A stretch of 64,000 nucleotides of DNA from the human T2T-CHM13v2.0 reference genome, Homo sapiens (GCF_009914755.1 NC_060928.1); one strand, 5' to 3'; shown: positions 1-14,856, counted from the first letter of the stretch. Numbers and translations: made by a program. Notes: a model not told the origin generated them from the sequence alone.

Positions 1-595
1 TTGTTTTTCATCATAAGAGTTTATGATAAAACTGAGTACTGGAGTCTGCAGTTTATAAAAAGATGTTTCCTTCTATTTAGCTGGAGGAGTTTCTTATACT
101 GGTGGATTGGTTCCCAGCGCCTACAGTCAGATAAATAAAAAGTTGCAGCAGGGGGACCAACTAGTAGGGAGTACATTTCATCGGTTGGAGAGAGGAAATT
201 TATTTCTTCAATTACTTTAGAACATCTGCATGTTACAAAGAGGAATGTGCATTAACACAATTAACCATTTCTTTTTTTTAATTGAATTCATGGATTCATT
301 CCTAAGTTTTCTAATCAGTTTTGCTCTGGTGTCATAAGTTAAGGGAGAATCAATACCAAACTAATTTTCCTGCATAAAGAGATTACTTGGATAATAGATT
401 TTTTCCAGTGCTTTTGGAAATATTGAGTCTAATAAAATAACTCTAACAGAGATACAATTATTCATATCAGTAAGTTGTTCATCAGAAATATTTCACAAAG
501 ACTAGACCTGAATCTAAATTGGAGGCAAAATCATTCAATTCAATAGAGCAGTTGCACTTTTCTCATATAGTAAAATGACCAGTTGCACCTAGTAA

Positions 596-790
596 ACAGT
601 ACAGCACAACCCCTAAGTGCAGGGGATCTGGAGGCAAAACATGAGGGTCAAAGCCTCACTGTACCACTTTCCAGCTGTGTAATCTTGGGAAAGATTCTTC
701 ATCTGTAAAATGATGCTTAAAAGCTATACCTGACTTTTAGGATTGTTGTAAACATTAAATTTGTAAATGAGAATGATCTTATAACTGTAC
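596..790 (+). mobile_element. MIR SINE remnant
   Basis: Degenerate MIR core: acagtacagcac...ccactttccagctgtgtaatcttgggaaag...catctgtaaaatg. Confidence 0.7.
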
Positions 791-839
791 ATGTTAACCA
801 TTGTTTAAACCTATATGAATAAAATTCTAGATGAGTCAC

Positions 840-1186
840 TGATATAGTTTGGCTGTGTACCTACCCAAATCTCATCTTGAATTGTAGCTCCCATAATTCC
901 CACGTGCTCTGGGAGGAACCTGGTGGGAGATAATTGAATCATGGGGGAGGTTTACCCCATACTATTCTTGTGGTAGTGAAGAAGTCTCACAATAGCTGAT
1001 GGTTTTATAATGAGTTTCCCTTTTGCTTGGTTCTCATTCGCTCTTGCTTGCTGCCATGTAAGACTGTGATTGCCTGGACTGTGAGGCCTCCCCAGCAACG
1101 TGAAACTGTGAGTCCATTCATTTTCTTTATAAATTACCCAGTCTTGAGTATGTCTTGATCAATAGAGTGAAAATGGACTGATAACA
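840..1186 (+). mobile_element. THE1-type (ERVL-MaLR) solo LTR
   Basis: Starts tgatatagtttggctgtgtacctacccaaatctcatcttgaattgtagctccc; ends ataaattacccagtc...ggactgataaca; about 350 bp, the size of a THE1 LTR. Confidence 0.9.
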
Positions 1187-2630
1187 GTCTTGGACTGTGA
1201 GCTCCAAGAATTAAATGCTGTGTAGAATGATGGAATATCCTGGGAAGACATCTACAGCTCTGGAGAGGCACTACCTAAAATAAAGAACTTATGTCAGAAA
1301 GGAAAATCAAACCTATCTTCATCTTAATGGATTCTCATTAACTACATTACTGGTGAACATTTTTCATACATGGCTGATTTTCTCAGCTGACACTACAATC
1401 AGATTTCATTCCTTCTCCAAACAGGGATGTGTTTACTCTCAAGAAATGCAATCTAATTTAAAATTGGGTGGAGAAAAACCATGTCAAAAAACACAGTAGT
1501 TGTATGGCTAAAATAGATCAACCACTTTCTTACATACAAACCAAAATGTTTCAGATTAGGTACTTCATTGTTTATTTCTTTTAGAATAGAAAAGAAAAAG
1601 TTAAGATTATATCTCTGCCTAAAGATTTAGAAACAGGGTCCGAAGGTAGCACCATCAATGAGTTACTTCCAAATAGTCTGCCAGAGAGTCCTTAAAATCT
1701 AAATGTTCTCTTTAAAGAGGCAGTAATTGAGAATCATTATTTTAATATAGAATCTCAACTGTTACAGCTATAAATAATACTCCATCCCATTATGATTATT
1801 TAGTGTATTGCTTTCTTAATGATTGTTTTCATAATTAAGAAGAAATGCAATATTCTCTCTATTTAAAAACCTTTTTTTGTAGGTGTATTGAACTATATAT
1901 CCATCCTCCTAGCAAGCTTGGTGTTCCAAATTGGATTAGAAAAAAAATAATACAGGTAGATTTAGGATGTTTGTCATGCTAATAGGCCTTCTTTAGGAAG
2001 AGAAAACTTCAATTAGTTTCTGTCATGGATTGGAGAAGGTAAAGGCTGGAGGAAGGAATAAATGTGGGAATTACATTAAATAAATTTATCTAGGGAAAGT
2101 CACCCTGAGAACTACTTAGTAGGAAAAGCAAAGCAAAATGCCTATATAGGAACACTTCCACAATCCAGAGCAGTGAGGATTGTCAGGAGGAAAGGGAAAT
2201 TCTTTGAAATGGTATCTCTGTAAATACTTTTGAACCACAGGAGAAGCAATGTACCATGAAGTCAAGTCAACAGAGGAGAGTAAGATTAGCTCTCCAAGAG
2301 TCTGAGATAGTAGAACAATATAAAATATACTTTTGCAATTTCTGAATATAATTGTTAAGTGTTGCAAAAATGAAGTTAAACAACACTGAAAAACACTGAA
2401 TAAAAATAAGCAGATATGAAAAGGAAAACAAACAATTTTTTAGAATTGAATACATAGAAATGAAAAACATATACTCTGTAGACAGGCCAAATAACTGAAT
2501 ATGGGAAAAGAATACTGATGAACTAGAATATAGAGCTGAAGAAACTCTCTAGAAGCTGCAAAATGACATAAAGAGATGAGAAACATGAAACAGAGGTTAA
2601 GAGATATAAAGGGTAAAGTGGAAGGTCAAC

Positions 2631-3253
<623 letters not shown>

Positions 3254-3639
3254 TGGTCAACATATTTTTAATAGGAATTTGAGAATGGACAATAGGGAAA
3301 ATAAAGACAAAGCAATATTTGGAAAAGTAATAGTTGAAAAATTTCCAGGAATAGTTAAAAACAAGTTCTTAATTTCTAAAATTACAATATATTAACAGAA
3401 AAGTAATAAAATGTAAATTTAAAAAATGTAAATCCAAGATGAATTTAAAAATAAGAATTTGTAAAAGAATGTGTATGTGGGTATATATGTGTGTGTGTAT
3501 ATGTGTGTGTCGTCATCTTCTAGACATCTATGGTTTTAGCACATGAAAAGAAACAAAAATAAAGCAAATAGGCTAACATTATTAGAATTCTATTACTATT
3601 AATGTACTCTAGTATGACCATGTTAATATTAAAACTTCA

Positions 3640-3990
3640 CTTTGACAAATGACACTATAAACAGGATTAGACCATAGACAGAATGTATTAGAGCACAAAT
3701 ATATAAAGAAATTTTCTAGGTCAACATGAAAAAGGCAACAATCTAACAGAAAATATTAAAAGGATATGATTAGGCAATTCACAGAAGACAAAAATTTGAA
3801 TGGTTATCATTTTATAAAAGGATTTCCTACCAATCAGAAAAATAAAAATAAATTTTTAAAAGATGGCAAGCATTTGAAAAATCTCATATATTGCATTTCT
3901 ATAACTAATTGCGTAAATAAATATGTCATATCAATTGAAACTAAAACATATACCTTATGATGTAGGAATTATATTTCAGTTGCTATATTG
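3640..3990 (+). mobile_element. Old L1M (L1ME-like) ORF2 3' remnant
   Basis: aaaaggcaacaatctaacagaaaat...aaggatatgattaggcaattcacagaagac resembles decayed L1 ORF2 C-terminal sequence; boundaries approximate. Confidence 0.45.
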
Positions 3991-4976
3991 TTTGCAATAG
4001 TTACATGTAGGATAGATAAGTGATGTATTATTATTACAAATGGATTGGTATATAGTGTTAAAAATCTACACTGTATGAAACTTTAGCAATAATGAGGCTA
4101 TAAAGTTGTCTGAAAAGAAAATATTAAAATTTTTAAAAGCATTTAAAAAAAATTTCCTGTAAGTAAATTTTCAGATGGTTTTAGTATAACACGGTTAGAG
4201 AGGATTCATTATAAACCTTGCTTAATTTTTGGGTTATGGAGTATTATTAATTTTAGACATCAATAGGAAAATAAAATTATTAATTATTTGAGTAAACACT
4301 CAGAATAGAAATAGATGTAGAACTTTAAATTCATCAAGGAACAAAAGACATTCATCTAAATCAAGTCAGAAAATGTCAAGAAAAAAACGAAAAAATAAGC
4401 AAAAAATGAATGAATGAATAAAATGCAAGATTAAGAACACAGTATATGAGACAATTTTTAAGATCTTAAATCATTCACTAAAAAGAAACAATGACGTAAG
4501 ACACTTCCATTTAAGTTAAGCATAGAAAATAACTATTGATATTGAGCACCTTACCTTGGTAGATTCTGCAGAATTTAGGCTGAGATGACAAAATTTTGAT
4601 GTAGTAGAAAGACAATTGAGCCCTTTTTCCTGGCTCTGAAACTTATTTATTCCATACATGAAATTGAAGGAATACATTTAACTTATATGAATGTCTGTTT
4701 TTAAATGCAAATGTGGGGTAATGAGAGCAGCTTTCCCTTAGAGTTTAGGTTGAATTTCCAATTGCACATCATCACATGTGAGGCCTTTCATGAGGCTTCT
4801 CTAGTCTCATCTCCAACATTTTTCTTCTCAGGACACCTTTGCTTCAGCTCAAAAAACTATTTGCAGCCCCCACCACGGATTCTCCACTGTTCAAAATCTG
4901 TCCTCTTCAGAAATTGCTATGTCCAACCAAGTCTTTTAAGGGAAACTACACTGCTGAAAAACCTACTGAAGAAGGA

Positions 4977-5010
4977 GATATCCCTTGGATATCCCTTGGA
5001 TATCCCTTGG
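4977..5010. repeat. 11-bp tandem repeat (gatatcccttg)x3
   Basis: gatatcccttggatatcccttggatatcccttgg read directly. Confidence 0.95.
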
Positions 5011-5332
5011 AAAAAGTGACAACCAATTTTACCAGACAGTGGTATCTAAGTCAGCAAATCTGGTAGCGTCTTGCACAGAAAATCATGAGTAAGAGGAAAA
5101 ATGGTAATATGTTGGGTTATTCACATATGAATTTGGAATTATTTCTTTGGAATTTGAATGGAAAATTGTGAAGATAATCAACCACGGATAGCAGAAATAG
5201 AAACAAGAAAACAGACCATAAAGGGCAGAGACCAAGAGTGGAGACTGATCATATTAACAAAACTAAAATAAGGAAAGCATTACTTTCTTTTTATACATTA
5301 AATAAGTGACAACAATTGTGCTCTATTATACC

Positions 5333-5830
5333 TGTTAACAAAAAAGACCATGAGATCTTTGGAGGAAAAAGGAGAACTTTACTTTTTTAAAACAATCTGC
5401 AGACTGGGGAGACACAGACTTTGGTGCAAACCAATGATGCACTCTGGGGTTGGGGGTTGGAAAGTTAGAGATTATAAAGGCAAAAGCTGCAGGGGGAGTC
5501 AGGGGAGTGTAGAACAGAGTCTTAATTGGATGGCGTTTAAGCCCCAAATCACCACTTTCTCTTAATTGGCTGGTTCCAGGTGGCTGGTGGTTGGTTGGCT
5601 TGTGCCATGTGGTTCTTTTATAGTCAGTTAGGGAATTCTCAGCTGCAGTTGTTTCCAGGAACTGTTATTTTAGTTAGTTGTAGAAAAACAGGTTTTGCAA
5701 CACTTTCTAAGGACACAGTGACTGCTCCCTCACCCTGCCATGGGCTCTGGTGTCTGCTTTTACTTTTGAGCCACAGAGTCTGGGAGCATAATTGTCTAAT
5801 AACTGGGAGCATGATTTGACTTACCATATT
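5333..5830 (-). mobile_element. Probable ERV1-class solo LTR, family uncertain
   Basis: Begins tgttaaca, about 500-bp block of higher GC with LTR-like text (ttaattggctgg, gggaattctcagctgcagttgtttcc); family not recognised. Confidence 0.45.
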
Positions 5831-6516
5831 GAAAACAGGTGTTTTTTAAAACTCTAATTTGAAAAAAAATTGATATAGATAACATAAAACATGATTTCCA
5901 GGCTAATTTTTGTTACTCTTTTTCTTTTGAATGAATGTTCTTAAAGGTAGTAATTTTACATTTAATTGAAAATTTTCTTAAACTAGAGAAATTAGGAATC
6001 CAATTTACCTAAAAGTAAAACAACTAAAAAGTTTCTCCACATTCTCCAGTGTAATTCTCTTGTGTGTTGTTCTTCAAGTTTCAAACATGCATAGTATAAA
6101 CTGAGATTTACCTCTGCTAACAAATTTTTTTCCTCAATTTTTGCCAAAAAGTTCATTCTTTCATTTCCTGGTAAAACAAATAATGGAAATTTGATTCCTC
6201 ATACATGTAACTTTTGAGTGAGTTTTTTTGTTGTTGTTATTAAAATAATGGAGTACAAGAAGTATGAATTAGCAATAGAAATAAGATAAAATAATTTTTT
6301 AAGAGTAGGACCATATATTTTATGTACTTGCCCCCCCCATCCCCCCCAAAATTAGATATCAACATAATTAAAGTTTTTCTTTGGCACTAACAGCTTCTAA
6401 AAAGAAGGAATACTGAAGGGATTTAATCAGCTAATATTTTATTTATTTTATTTTTTTATCAAGTCCAATATTTAGTTTACAGATGACATATTCCAGAGAA
6501 TATTTGAAGCCTGTCA

Positions 6517-6993
6517 TTTTTTTTATTATACTTTAAGTTTTAGGGTACATGTGCACAATGTGCAGGTTAGTTACGTATGTATACATGTGCCATGCTGGTG
6601 TGCTGCACCCATTAACTCGTCATTTAGCATTAGGTATATCTCCTAATGCTATCCCTCCCCCCTCTGCCCCCAACAACAGTCCCCAGAGTGTGATGTTCCC
6701 CTTCCTGTGTCCATGTGTTCTCATTGTTCAATTCCCACCTATGAGTGACAATATGCGGTGTTTGGTTTTTTGTTCTTGCGATAGTTTACTGAGAATGATG
6801 ATTTCCAATTTCATCCATGTCCCTACAAAGGACATGAACTCATCATTTTTTATGGCTGCATAGTATTCCATGGTGTATATGTGCCACATTTTCTTAATCC
6901 AGTCTATCATTGTTGGACATTTGGGTTGGTTCCAAGTCTCTGCTATTGTGAATAGTGCCGCAATAAACATACGTGGGCATGTGTCTTTATAGC
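6517..6993 (-). mobile_element. 5'-truncated L1PA (about PA3/PA4) 3' end
   Basis: ttttattatactttaagttttagggtacatgtgcacaatgtgcagg; attaactcgtcatttagc carries the older GAG diagnostic, not the Ta ACA; the minus-strand ORF 6728-6970 is the ORF2p C-terminus (MFIAALFTIA..WNQPKCPTMIDWIKKMWHIYTMEYYAAIK); TSD at 6426-6442 and 6994-7010. Confidence 0.96.
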
Positions 6994-8546
6994 ATCAGCT
7001 AATATTTTATAATGCATTTTTATTTCTGAATTAATTATGCTAGCTTTTCTCTAAGTCAAAAGTGGCTGGTGTAGCAGTAACAGCGGTGGTGGGTGGAGAT
7101 GGGGAATGAGGAGATATTGACCAGATAATTCAGAGCAGATTCCATTCCCATGGATATGAAAATAGAAAGCAAAAAAGGCAGGAAGCAGCAGTGAATGCAA
7201 TAGTTAAAATGCAGCTTGCTTTGAAGAGGAGGGGGGAAGGGTGGAAGGAAAGAAATAAGCAACCAAAGACAGGTCATGTAAACCATGAGCCAGGAAGTAA
7301 ATTCTTTAAAATGATGCTTGCCAGAAGCTAAATTCTTGTAAATGTGGGCCTTTTTTTCCCCCTAATGCTATTACTATTGGAATGAGGAATACTTGGGGAC
7401 CGGATGAGGAAAAGGTCAGAAGTCACTAAATTGTAATTTTATGAAGAATGTAATTGCTCTGCTTTCGTTTTAACGTTAAAATCTATAAGCCCAGGAAAAA
7501 CAATTCTCCTTCTCATGAACTACCCTTTCCAACATTTCTAGAAGATTTATATTATATGAGAAAAGACTCTCCTCCCAAAGTATTGGTTTATATTTTTAAA
7601 ATCTGTTTTTAGTTTGGAGTTACTGGGAGGAGGTAGGAGCGGGCTGTGGAGGAGGGAGGAAGTTGTTAGTCTAGAATGGCTGCTGCTTGGGTGGAAGTTG
7701 GATGAATCTAAATGACTTAATAATTTCAATTCTCTGGAGTTGGTCTGTTTCTTATCTCAATGTCTAAGGAAAAAATAATTTTTGGCTAGTAGGCATAAAA
7801 ATTTTTCAATTATTGAGACATCAAATATCTGCTAATCCAGAGTTAAAGCTTAGCTTCAACACATTAAAGATGAGATTTAAAAGTACAGGTTATACTGTAG
7901 CACATACATTCATACATAGAATATTGATATTCTTTTTCAGCAATAAAAATGATGCTTAAGGAATATTGCTCCAACAGGCTTTGGTGTTAAGAAGCAATTA
8001 ATGATATAGCAGTTTTTGTTTGTTTTTTGCCATCGCCATAAACCAGTAAATCATTAGCATACAATTCCAGATAGTTACCGCCATTAACCAAGTGGCTTGA
8101 GTAGAATGATATTAAAAATATTTAAAGTAGTAAACACTTTGGGGAAAAAAGTGGAGAGAAGAAATATCTTTTTTTAAAAAAAATTATCTTCAGATGTGTC
8201 TCACTGCATGAACTTTAGTTCAGTGAAAATATGTGCCTGCAAAAGTTGCACGAAATCTTGATGTGACTCTTACCATAAAAGCTTACCTTCACTTTTAAAT
8301 TTCCTTAGTGTGACTGATTTTCCCCATTAGATAAAATATGTTTAAATTTCAGGCACTGACAAATAGCCATGTAAACATCTATCTGCATGTTCATAAGGAA
8401 AAGTATCTGCTCAAGGGATTATTAACATCATTTTAAAAGAAAATATTTGTTTCTTCTTTTGGATTTAAAATGATTTTAAAGGTTTTATGTAGAAATACAT
8501 AATCAAAGGGATAAATGCTAGATTTTAAAGAAGTATTTAAAGACCC

Positions 8547-8978
8547 TGTCATGTTGGACCCCTACTGGCTCCACTAGGAATGGCACTGTGTCTGAGAGGC
8601 CAAGAAAGAGACCCAGAGCCTGCAAAAGAGACATCAAGTTTATTGAAGACTTACGTATGGGATGGTCCAGTGGTAGTGGGCTGGACAGGACAGATGCTAC
8701 CACTTGTAAAAGCATGTGGTCTATATAGCAATTTTCACTTTGCACACTCCACGTAGCAACCCCCATTTAACCCCAAACAAAGGGCTTCAATCCCCTGTAT
8801 GGTCTGCATTCCAAGGGATAGGCCAATGGATCAGATATCCTTCATACATAAGGAATGAATCTCCAGTTGGCTACCCCCAGGTTTCTTGCTTAGAACTCCA
8901 AACACACATTCTTCTTAGAAGGTAGGGTCATTCTCGGGGTATGGTTAAGTTATTGCTGTCAGGAGCATCTGCCATACA
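8547..8978 (-). mobile_element. LTR47-like (ERVL) solo LTR
   Basis: Reverse complement starts tgtatggcagatgctcctgacagcaataacttaaccataccccgagaatgaccct; TG..CA ends; flanks gaccc/caccc (4 of 5 TSD match). Confidence 0.8.
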
Positions 8979-10303
8979 CACCCAGAGGACATTTGCCTCT
9001 CTTCGTGGATTAGCAATAGATTCTATATTTTCATATTCAGTAGTATCATTTTTAAAGCTAAAGGTCTCTATCCAATACATTAAATTGCTCAACAATTTTA
9101 GGAACAATTTTGAGTAATCCAAGGCTTAACAAGCTGTTATGGTTAATAAATTACATCCCACCTAGGCTTTTGATCAGAATATCCAGAGAGCTTCTAGCAA
9201 AGAGTTAAGGTAAAACATGGTTAATAATTTCTTTTTCAAAACATAGACACAACTTTACTTAGTGTCTTTGAAATAGTGAGCATTAGCTTATAATTTCACA
9301 AAACATTTCATTGAAAGAATTGTATAAGAGCTTCAATACTCTCAACTATGGAGTTATACAGGAATGATTTTTACTCTATATTTAATAACAGCACTTTCTT
9401 TTAATAAGACATCCCAGTGGAAACCACCAGTATGTGAATTACAGAAAATAAAAGTTAATTAAACAAGTAGTGACATTGACCTCATTAAGATACCTGGGTA
9501 TTTATCAGAGAAAGTGATACCTCAGTGAGTTTATCAGAACACAGAACAGAGATAGCATCACCTTAATTGAATTCAAGTAACAGTGAAGGGCAAATTTCAT
9601 TAGGTATTCTGTATGAGAAAGCTAGATGGTAGAAACAGGATTAGATTCAGGCACTACACCAAATAGTATGAAAGTTGTTTGAATTCAAAACAAGATTATA
9701 TTATTAGAAGATGTGAGTTATCATAATGTATTACTCATGTGAAAGTAAGTGTTTCCTCAGTATTCTCTGCGGTGTTTATCTCACCTGAACATCTCCATAG
9801 TGGATGTAAAAATAGTCTGTCAATGGTTAAATCAGACTGAGAAATAGCAGTCCTGACTTCTCTGGCTTGTTTTCCAAATTACCTTGGTGCACAAGGGAAT
9901 GAAGGTTGCTTTTAACTCAGTGACTGCACAGCAAACATATTCCTCATGGAAAACACGTGTAGGAGGTCATATTTCCTCATCTCAGCTTGTGTCAGCCCTT
10001 TTAGAAAAACAGAAGAAAATGAAAGCGATTATTTCACCTTAGCTAATTTGTGAGTTTCTTTATACATCTTGTGTTTCAAATATTTTTGTGAGGAGTGAAT
10101 TTACCAACACAGTTTGAAGCGTATGGTGTATGTGTGTGTATGTGTGACTTATGATGTAGCATGGGAATCCCTATCTTTCAATAAATAGCACAGATTCCCA
10201 TTTTCCTATTTTAAATAAATTGAAAATGAAAATGTATTTTGTTTTGTTTTGTTTTGTTTTTTATGTCTGGTCTTTGGAACTGGACCCATTATTGAGCAGG
10301 TTG

Positions 10304-11058
<755 letters not shown>

Positions 11059-11359
11059 GTTGGGGAAAAAAATCTTACTGATTGAAAACTTTGCAATTGC
11101 AACTATTCTATATTCAACTAAGCAAATTTCAGAGCCATCTACAAAAGATATCCTACTATATCAGCCCTTCTTGCCTCTCTACCCATCTGTTCTTCTCTTT
11201 TTAAATTTTATGTCATTTTACTTACTGTGTCACTATTATGTGAGAAATACCAGGTTAAACCTTGTTTAATAAAGAATGTTAAAATAGAGACCTTGGTCTG
11301 AAGGAATTTACACTCTAAATAGGAAAATAAGTATACATGCATGAAAAAAGAAACTAATA

Positions 11360-11585
11360 ATTTTTGAGCACCTATTATATTTTACACACATTTTCACATA
11401 AACTACATGAACTTGAGCATTGTAAAATTGTTTGGGGCTCTAAGTGCTATTAAGGTATCTATTTTGAACATAAGGACAATAAAGTTTGAAGAGGCCCAAG
11501 ATCATACTACTAATAAATGCTGGACCTAGGTTTTGAACCAGGGTATTTGATCTTTAAACATAGTTCTTTGTTCTATACCAAAGCT
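11360..11585 (-). mobile_element. MIR remnant
   Basis: tttgagcacctattat...attttgaacataaggac...gcccaagatcatactactaataaatgctggacctaggttttgaacc. Confidence 0.65.
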
Positions 11586-12049
11586 CTCTCCTCGCTGCTC
11601 TTTTCCCCACTTAATTCCTTGGCTACATTTTTCATATTCTACCTATTCATTCCTTAATGAGGAAATACTCAGACTGCACAAGAACTGTTTGTAGTGTCCC
11701 CACTAACATCTGGGGAATAAAAGGGGCTGATTTTCACATAGCACAAAACAAATAAATAGAGTCCCTGTGGGTGAAAATGAAGTTGAAAGGACATGGCCTT
11801 CAAATAAATTGTATATAACTTTAATCTGCACTAGAACACCAACATTTCTTATCTTTTAAGACTTAGCTCAAGTGGCCTTTCTTTGAGTTATAATGAAGGA
11901 TAGGTGAAATTCAAGATAACCAAGGATTCAAAGTCTTATTATTACCAATTTATTGTTGCATTATTACTTAGATAGTATATTATGTAATAATGCATGGCTG
12001 AAATGAATATTCAGTAAGACAAGAAGGTTAGAATGTTCTGTGGGGAAAC

Positions 12050-12146
12050 AAGAGCTCCAAATGTAAATACTATGATGAGGAAACAAGAGCTCCAAATGTA
12101 AATACTATGCAGAGAAGTAATAAGAGCTCCAAATGTAAATACTATG
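12050..12146. repeat. Three exact copies of a 25-bp unit with short differing spacers
   Basis: aagagctccaaatgtaaatactatg at 12050-12074, 12085-12109 and 12122-12146. Confidence 0.95.
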
Positions 12147-12399
12147 ATGTAGTGGTATCATCCAACCTTCCAGATGACTAAAGGATCTGATTTTATCAAG
12201 ATAAAATATCATTTGTGTTGTCTATCAGTCCTATTTGATATTAAACTCATTTTAGTGAAATTGCTTGGACTCGAAGTCACAAGATATGTGTGGCTCTCTT
12301 TTTATGTCGTGTATGTGATTTAGGACAAGATACTTTAATCCCAGCTGATCTCAGGTTCTGTGGCTGAAATACATGTCTTAAAAGTTAACACAAGTATTA

Positions 12400-12709
12400 G
12401 GCCGGGCAAGGTGGCTCACGCCTGTAATCCTATCACTTTGGGAGGCTGAGGCAGGCCAATCACTTGAGGCCAGAAGATCAAGACCAGCCTGGCCAACATG
12501 GCAAAACCCTGTCTCTACTAAAAACGCAAAAATTAGACCAGTGTGATGGCACACCCCTGTAATCCCAGCTCCTTGGGTGGCTGAGGCACAAGAATCTCTT
12601 GAACCTGGAGGCAGAGGTGGCAATGAGTTGACATCATGCCACGCCACTACACTTCAGCCTGGGTGATGGAGTGAGACGCTGTCAAGAACAAAACAAAAAC
12701 AAAAACAAA
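12400..12709 (+). mobile_element. Alu (old S or Jb type)
   Basis: ggccgggcaaggtggctcacgcctgtaatcc; flanked by acaagtatta TSD. Confidence 0.92.
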
Positions 12710-12980
12710 TACAAGTATTAAATGACAAGGTCAATAAAAATACCCAGCTTAATGCCTTGTACATAGAGCTTAGTATACATCACATGACACTAGGGTGAGC
12801 TGCTCCAATAACAAGACCTTGGAGCTTAGTCTTTCTGCCATCTTTGAAATATATTACTGATCATTTGCCCAGGTTAGATTGTGGCTACTTAGTTTAGTGA
12901 GCGAAACAAAAACTATCACGAAAAGAAGAACCATACATAAACTGTTGACATCTGCTTTAAAAAAACACCGTGAAGCTTTA

Positions 12981-13313
<333 letters not shown>

Positions 13314-13511
13314 GAATAATTTGACAGGCAGATAAAAACAGTGGCTATTTTAAGCAAAATTGAGATGATAACTACAAGCATAAAGAGCAAACATATAAAG
13401 AAAGGATCCACCTAAGAATGGGATCTGCAATCTGAAGTCAGCATCCACATTGTTATTAGCAATAATTGCCACCAGTTCATACATTTATTTCAGGTCTTCT
13501 GCTTAACAACA

Positions 13512-13880
13512 TGCTAGGGACGGAAAGTTTGTGCTTCCCACCATTCATATCTTGAAGCCCTACCCACAACGTGATAATATTTGGAGATGGAGCCTTTGGG
13601 AAGTAATTAGGTTTAGATGAGGTTAGGAGGGTGGGGTCCCCATGATGATATTAGTATTCTTATAAGAAGAGGAAGAGACTAAAGCTCTCTTTCTCTCTTT
13701 GTACCACGTGATTATAAAATAAAAAGACTGCCATCTGCAAGCCAAGAAGAGGACCCTCACCAAGAGGCAAATTTGCCAGCACTTTTATCATGGACTTCCT
13801 AGGCTCCAGAACTACGAGAAATAATTGGCTCTTATTTAAGCTATCCAGTCTATGGTATTTTGTTATAGCAGCCTGAGGCA
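13512..13880 (+). mobile_element. MLT1A-type MaLR solo LTR
   Basis: atttggagatggagcctttgggaagtaattaggtttagatgagg...gccatctgcaagccaagaagaggaccctcacca...agtctatggtattttgttatagcagcc. Confidence 0.85.
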
Positions 13881-14319
13881 CCATGGTAGAGTTCATTTAA
13901 AACCACGCCTTACCTCAACATCTCATCAACTGAAGCTGGCCAAAGTGTCTGAGTTCAACAAGTTAGTGCTCATTTCTGTGACATAGATTGCAATCACTTT
14001 TTAAAAATAAAGACACGAACTTGTAGATATTAGACAAACCTTAGGTTTGGATCAGGAAAACCTGTCCTTATATGTTATCAGGTAGAGAATGTGTATTTTG
14101 AGACTTATTTGGGAAGAAACATAGTAATCAAGGTGCCAGATGTCACTGTTACTAGTTCTCTTTTTTTATTGCTGTGCTTAAAGCTATAAAAAGCAAGTTA
14201 TGTAAATTTGAATTGAAATATTATGAACTTTTGCCTTTTAAAGGGAGAAACATGGCTAAAAGTGATTTCTACATCTCTAACTTTTAGGAATCATTCGATA
14301 TTTTATTAGATTAATACTG

Positions 14320-14540
14320 ATAATAAGTACACTATTGTGAGCATTTTATATATGCCAGAACATATCTCAGAGGCATTTATATCACCATCACCACAATGAA
14401 TTGAGATAGATGTTAAAACTCTCATATAACAGATGAAGAAACAGAGGCTCAGAGTAACTAAGTATGTTTACTAAGCAATTGTGGTAGCTAAACGTTTGAG
14501 CTGGGACACTACTGACTCCAGGCCCCATGCTCTCCAATTT
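14320..14540 (-). mobile_element. MIR remnant
   Basis: acagatgaagaaacagaggctcagag...actgactccaggccccatgctctc. Confidence 0.75.
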
Positions 14541-14825
14541 AAAAAAAAACTTCTGATGATTGTACTTTATTATGTTGATTTCAAATAAGCTTCTTTCCAT
14601 ATTTTGAGTAATTTCTCACTGGAGAACTTTCACAGCAAGCTCTTGTGATACATGTTGATCATAAAAGAAAAGAATTAAGGATAAAAAATAGGTAGTTAGA
14701 ACTTTGTCTACTTCTAAACAGAGGAATATTATCTTCTCACCATTTATTAAATGAACATAATATACTAAATGTTTTTGGTTATAGGAGTAACAGATGTGTT
14801 TTATTTCTAGGTTTTTCATTTAACT

Positions 14826-14829
<4 letters not shown>

Positions 14830-14856
<27 letters not shown>

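Noticed and set aside
81-220. Possible exon after ttctatttag and a CTCF-like gcagcaggggg motif
   Set aside because: All three frames hit stops or give unrecognised peptides, there is no clear donor, and the CTCF match lacks the 3' CGC/CAC bases.
6728-6970. ORF with strong protein-like sequence
   Set aside because: It is the L1 ORF2p C-terminus of a 5'-truncated element, not a host gene.
12050-12146. CRISPR-like repeat-spacer pattern
   Set aside because: Only 3 repeats, spacers of 10-12 nt partly derived from the flank, no cas genes, and a primate genomic context; it is a local duplication.
13914-13975. Minus-strand exon-like segment with a gag|gtaagg donor
   Set aside because: Stops in all three frames and a weak acceptor; indistinguishable from chance.
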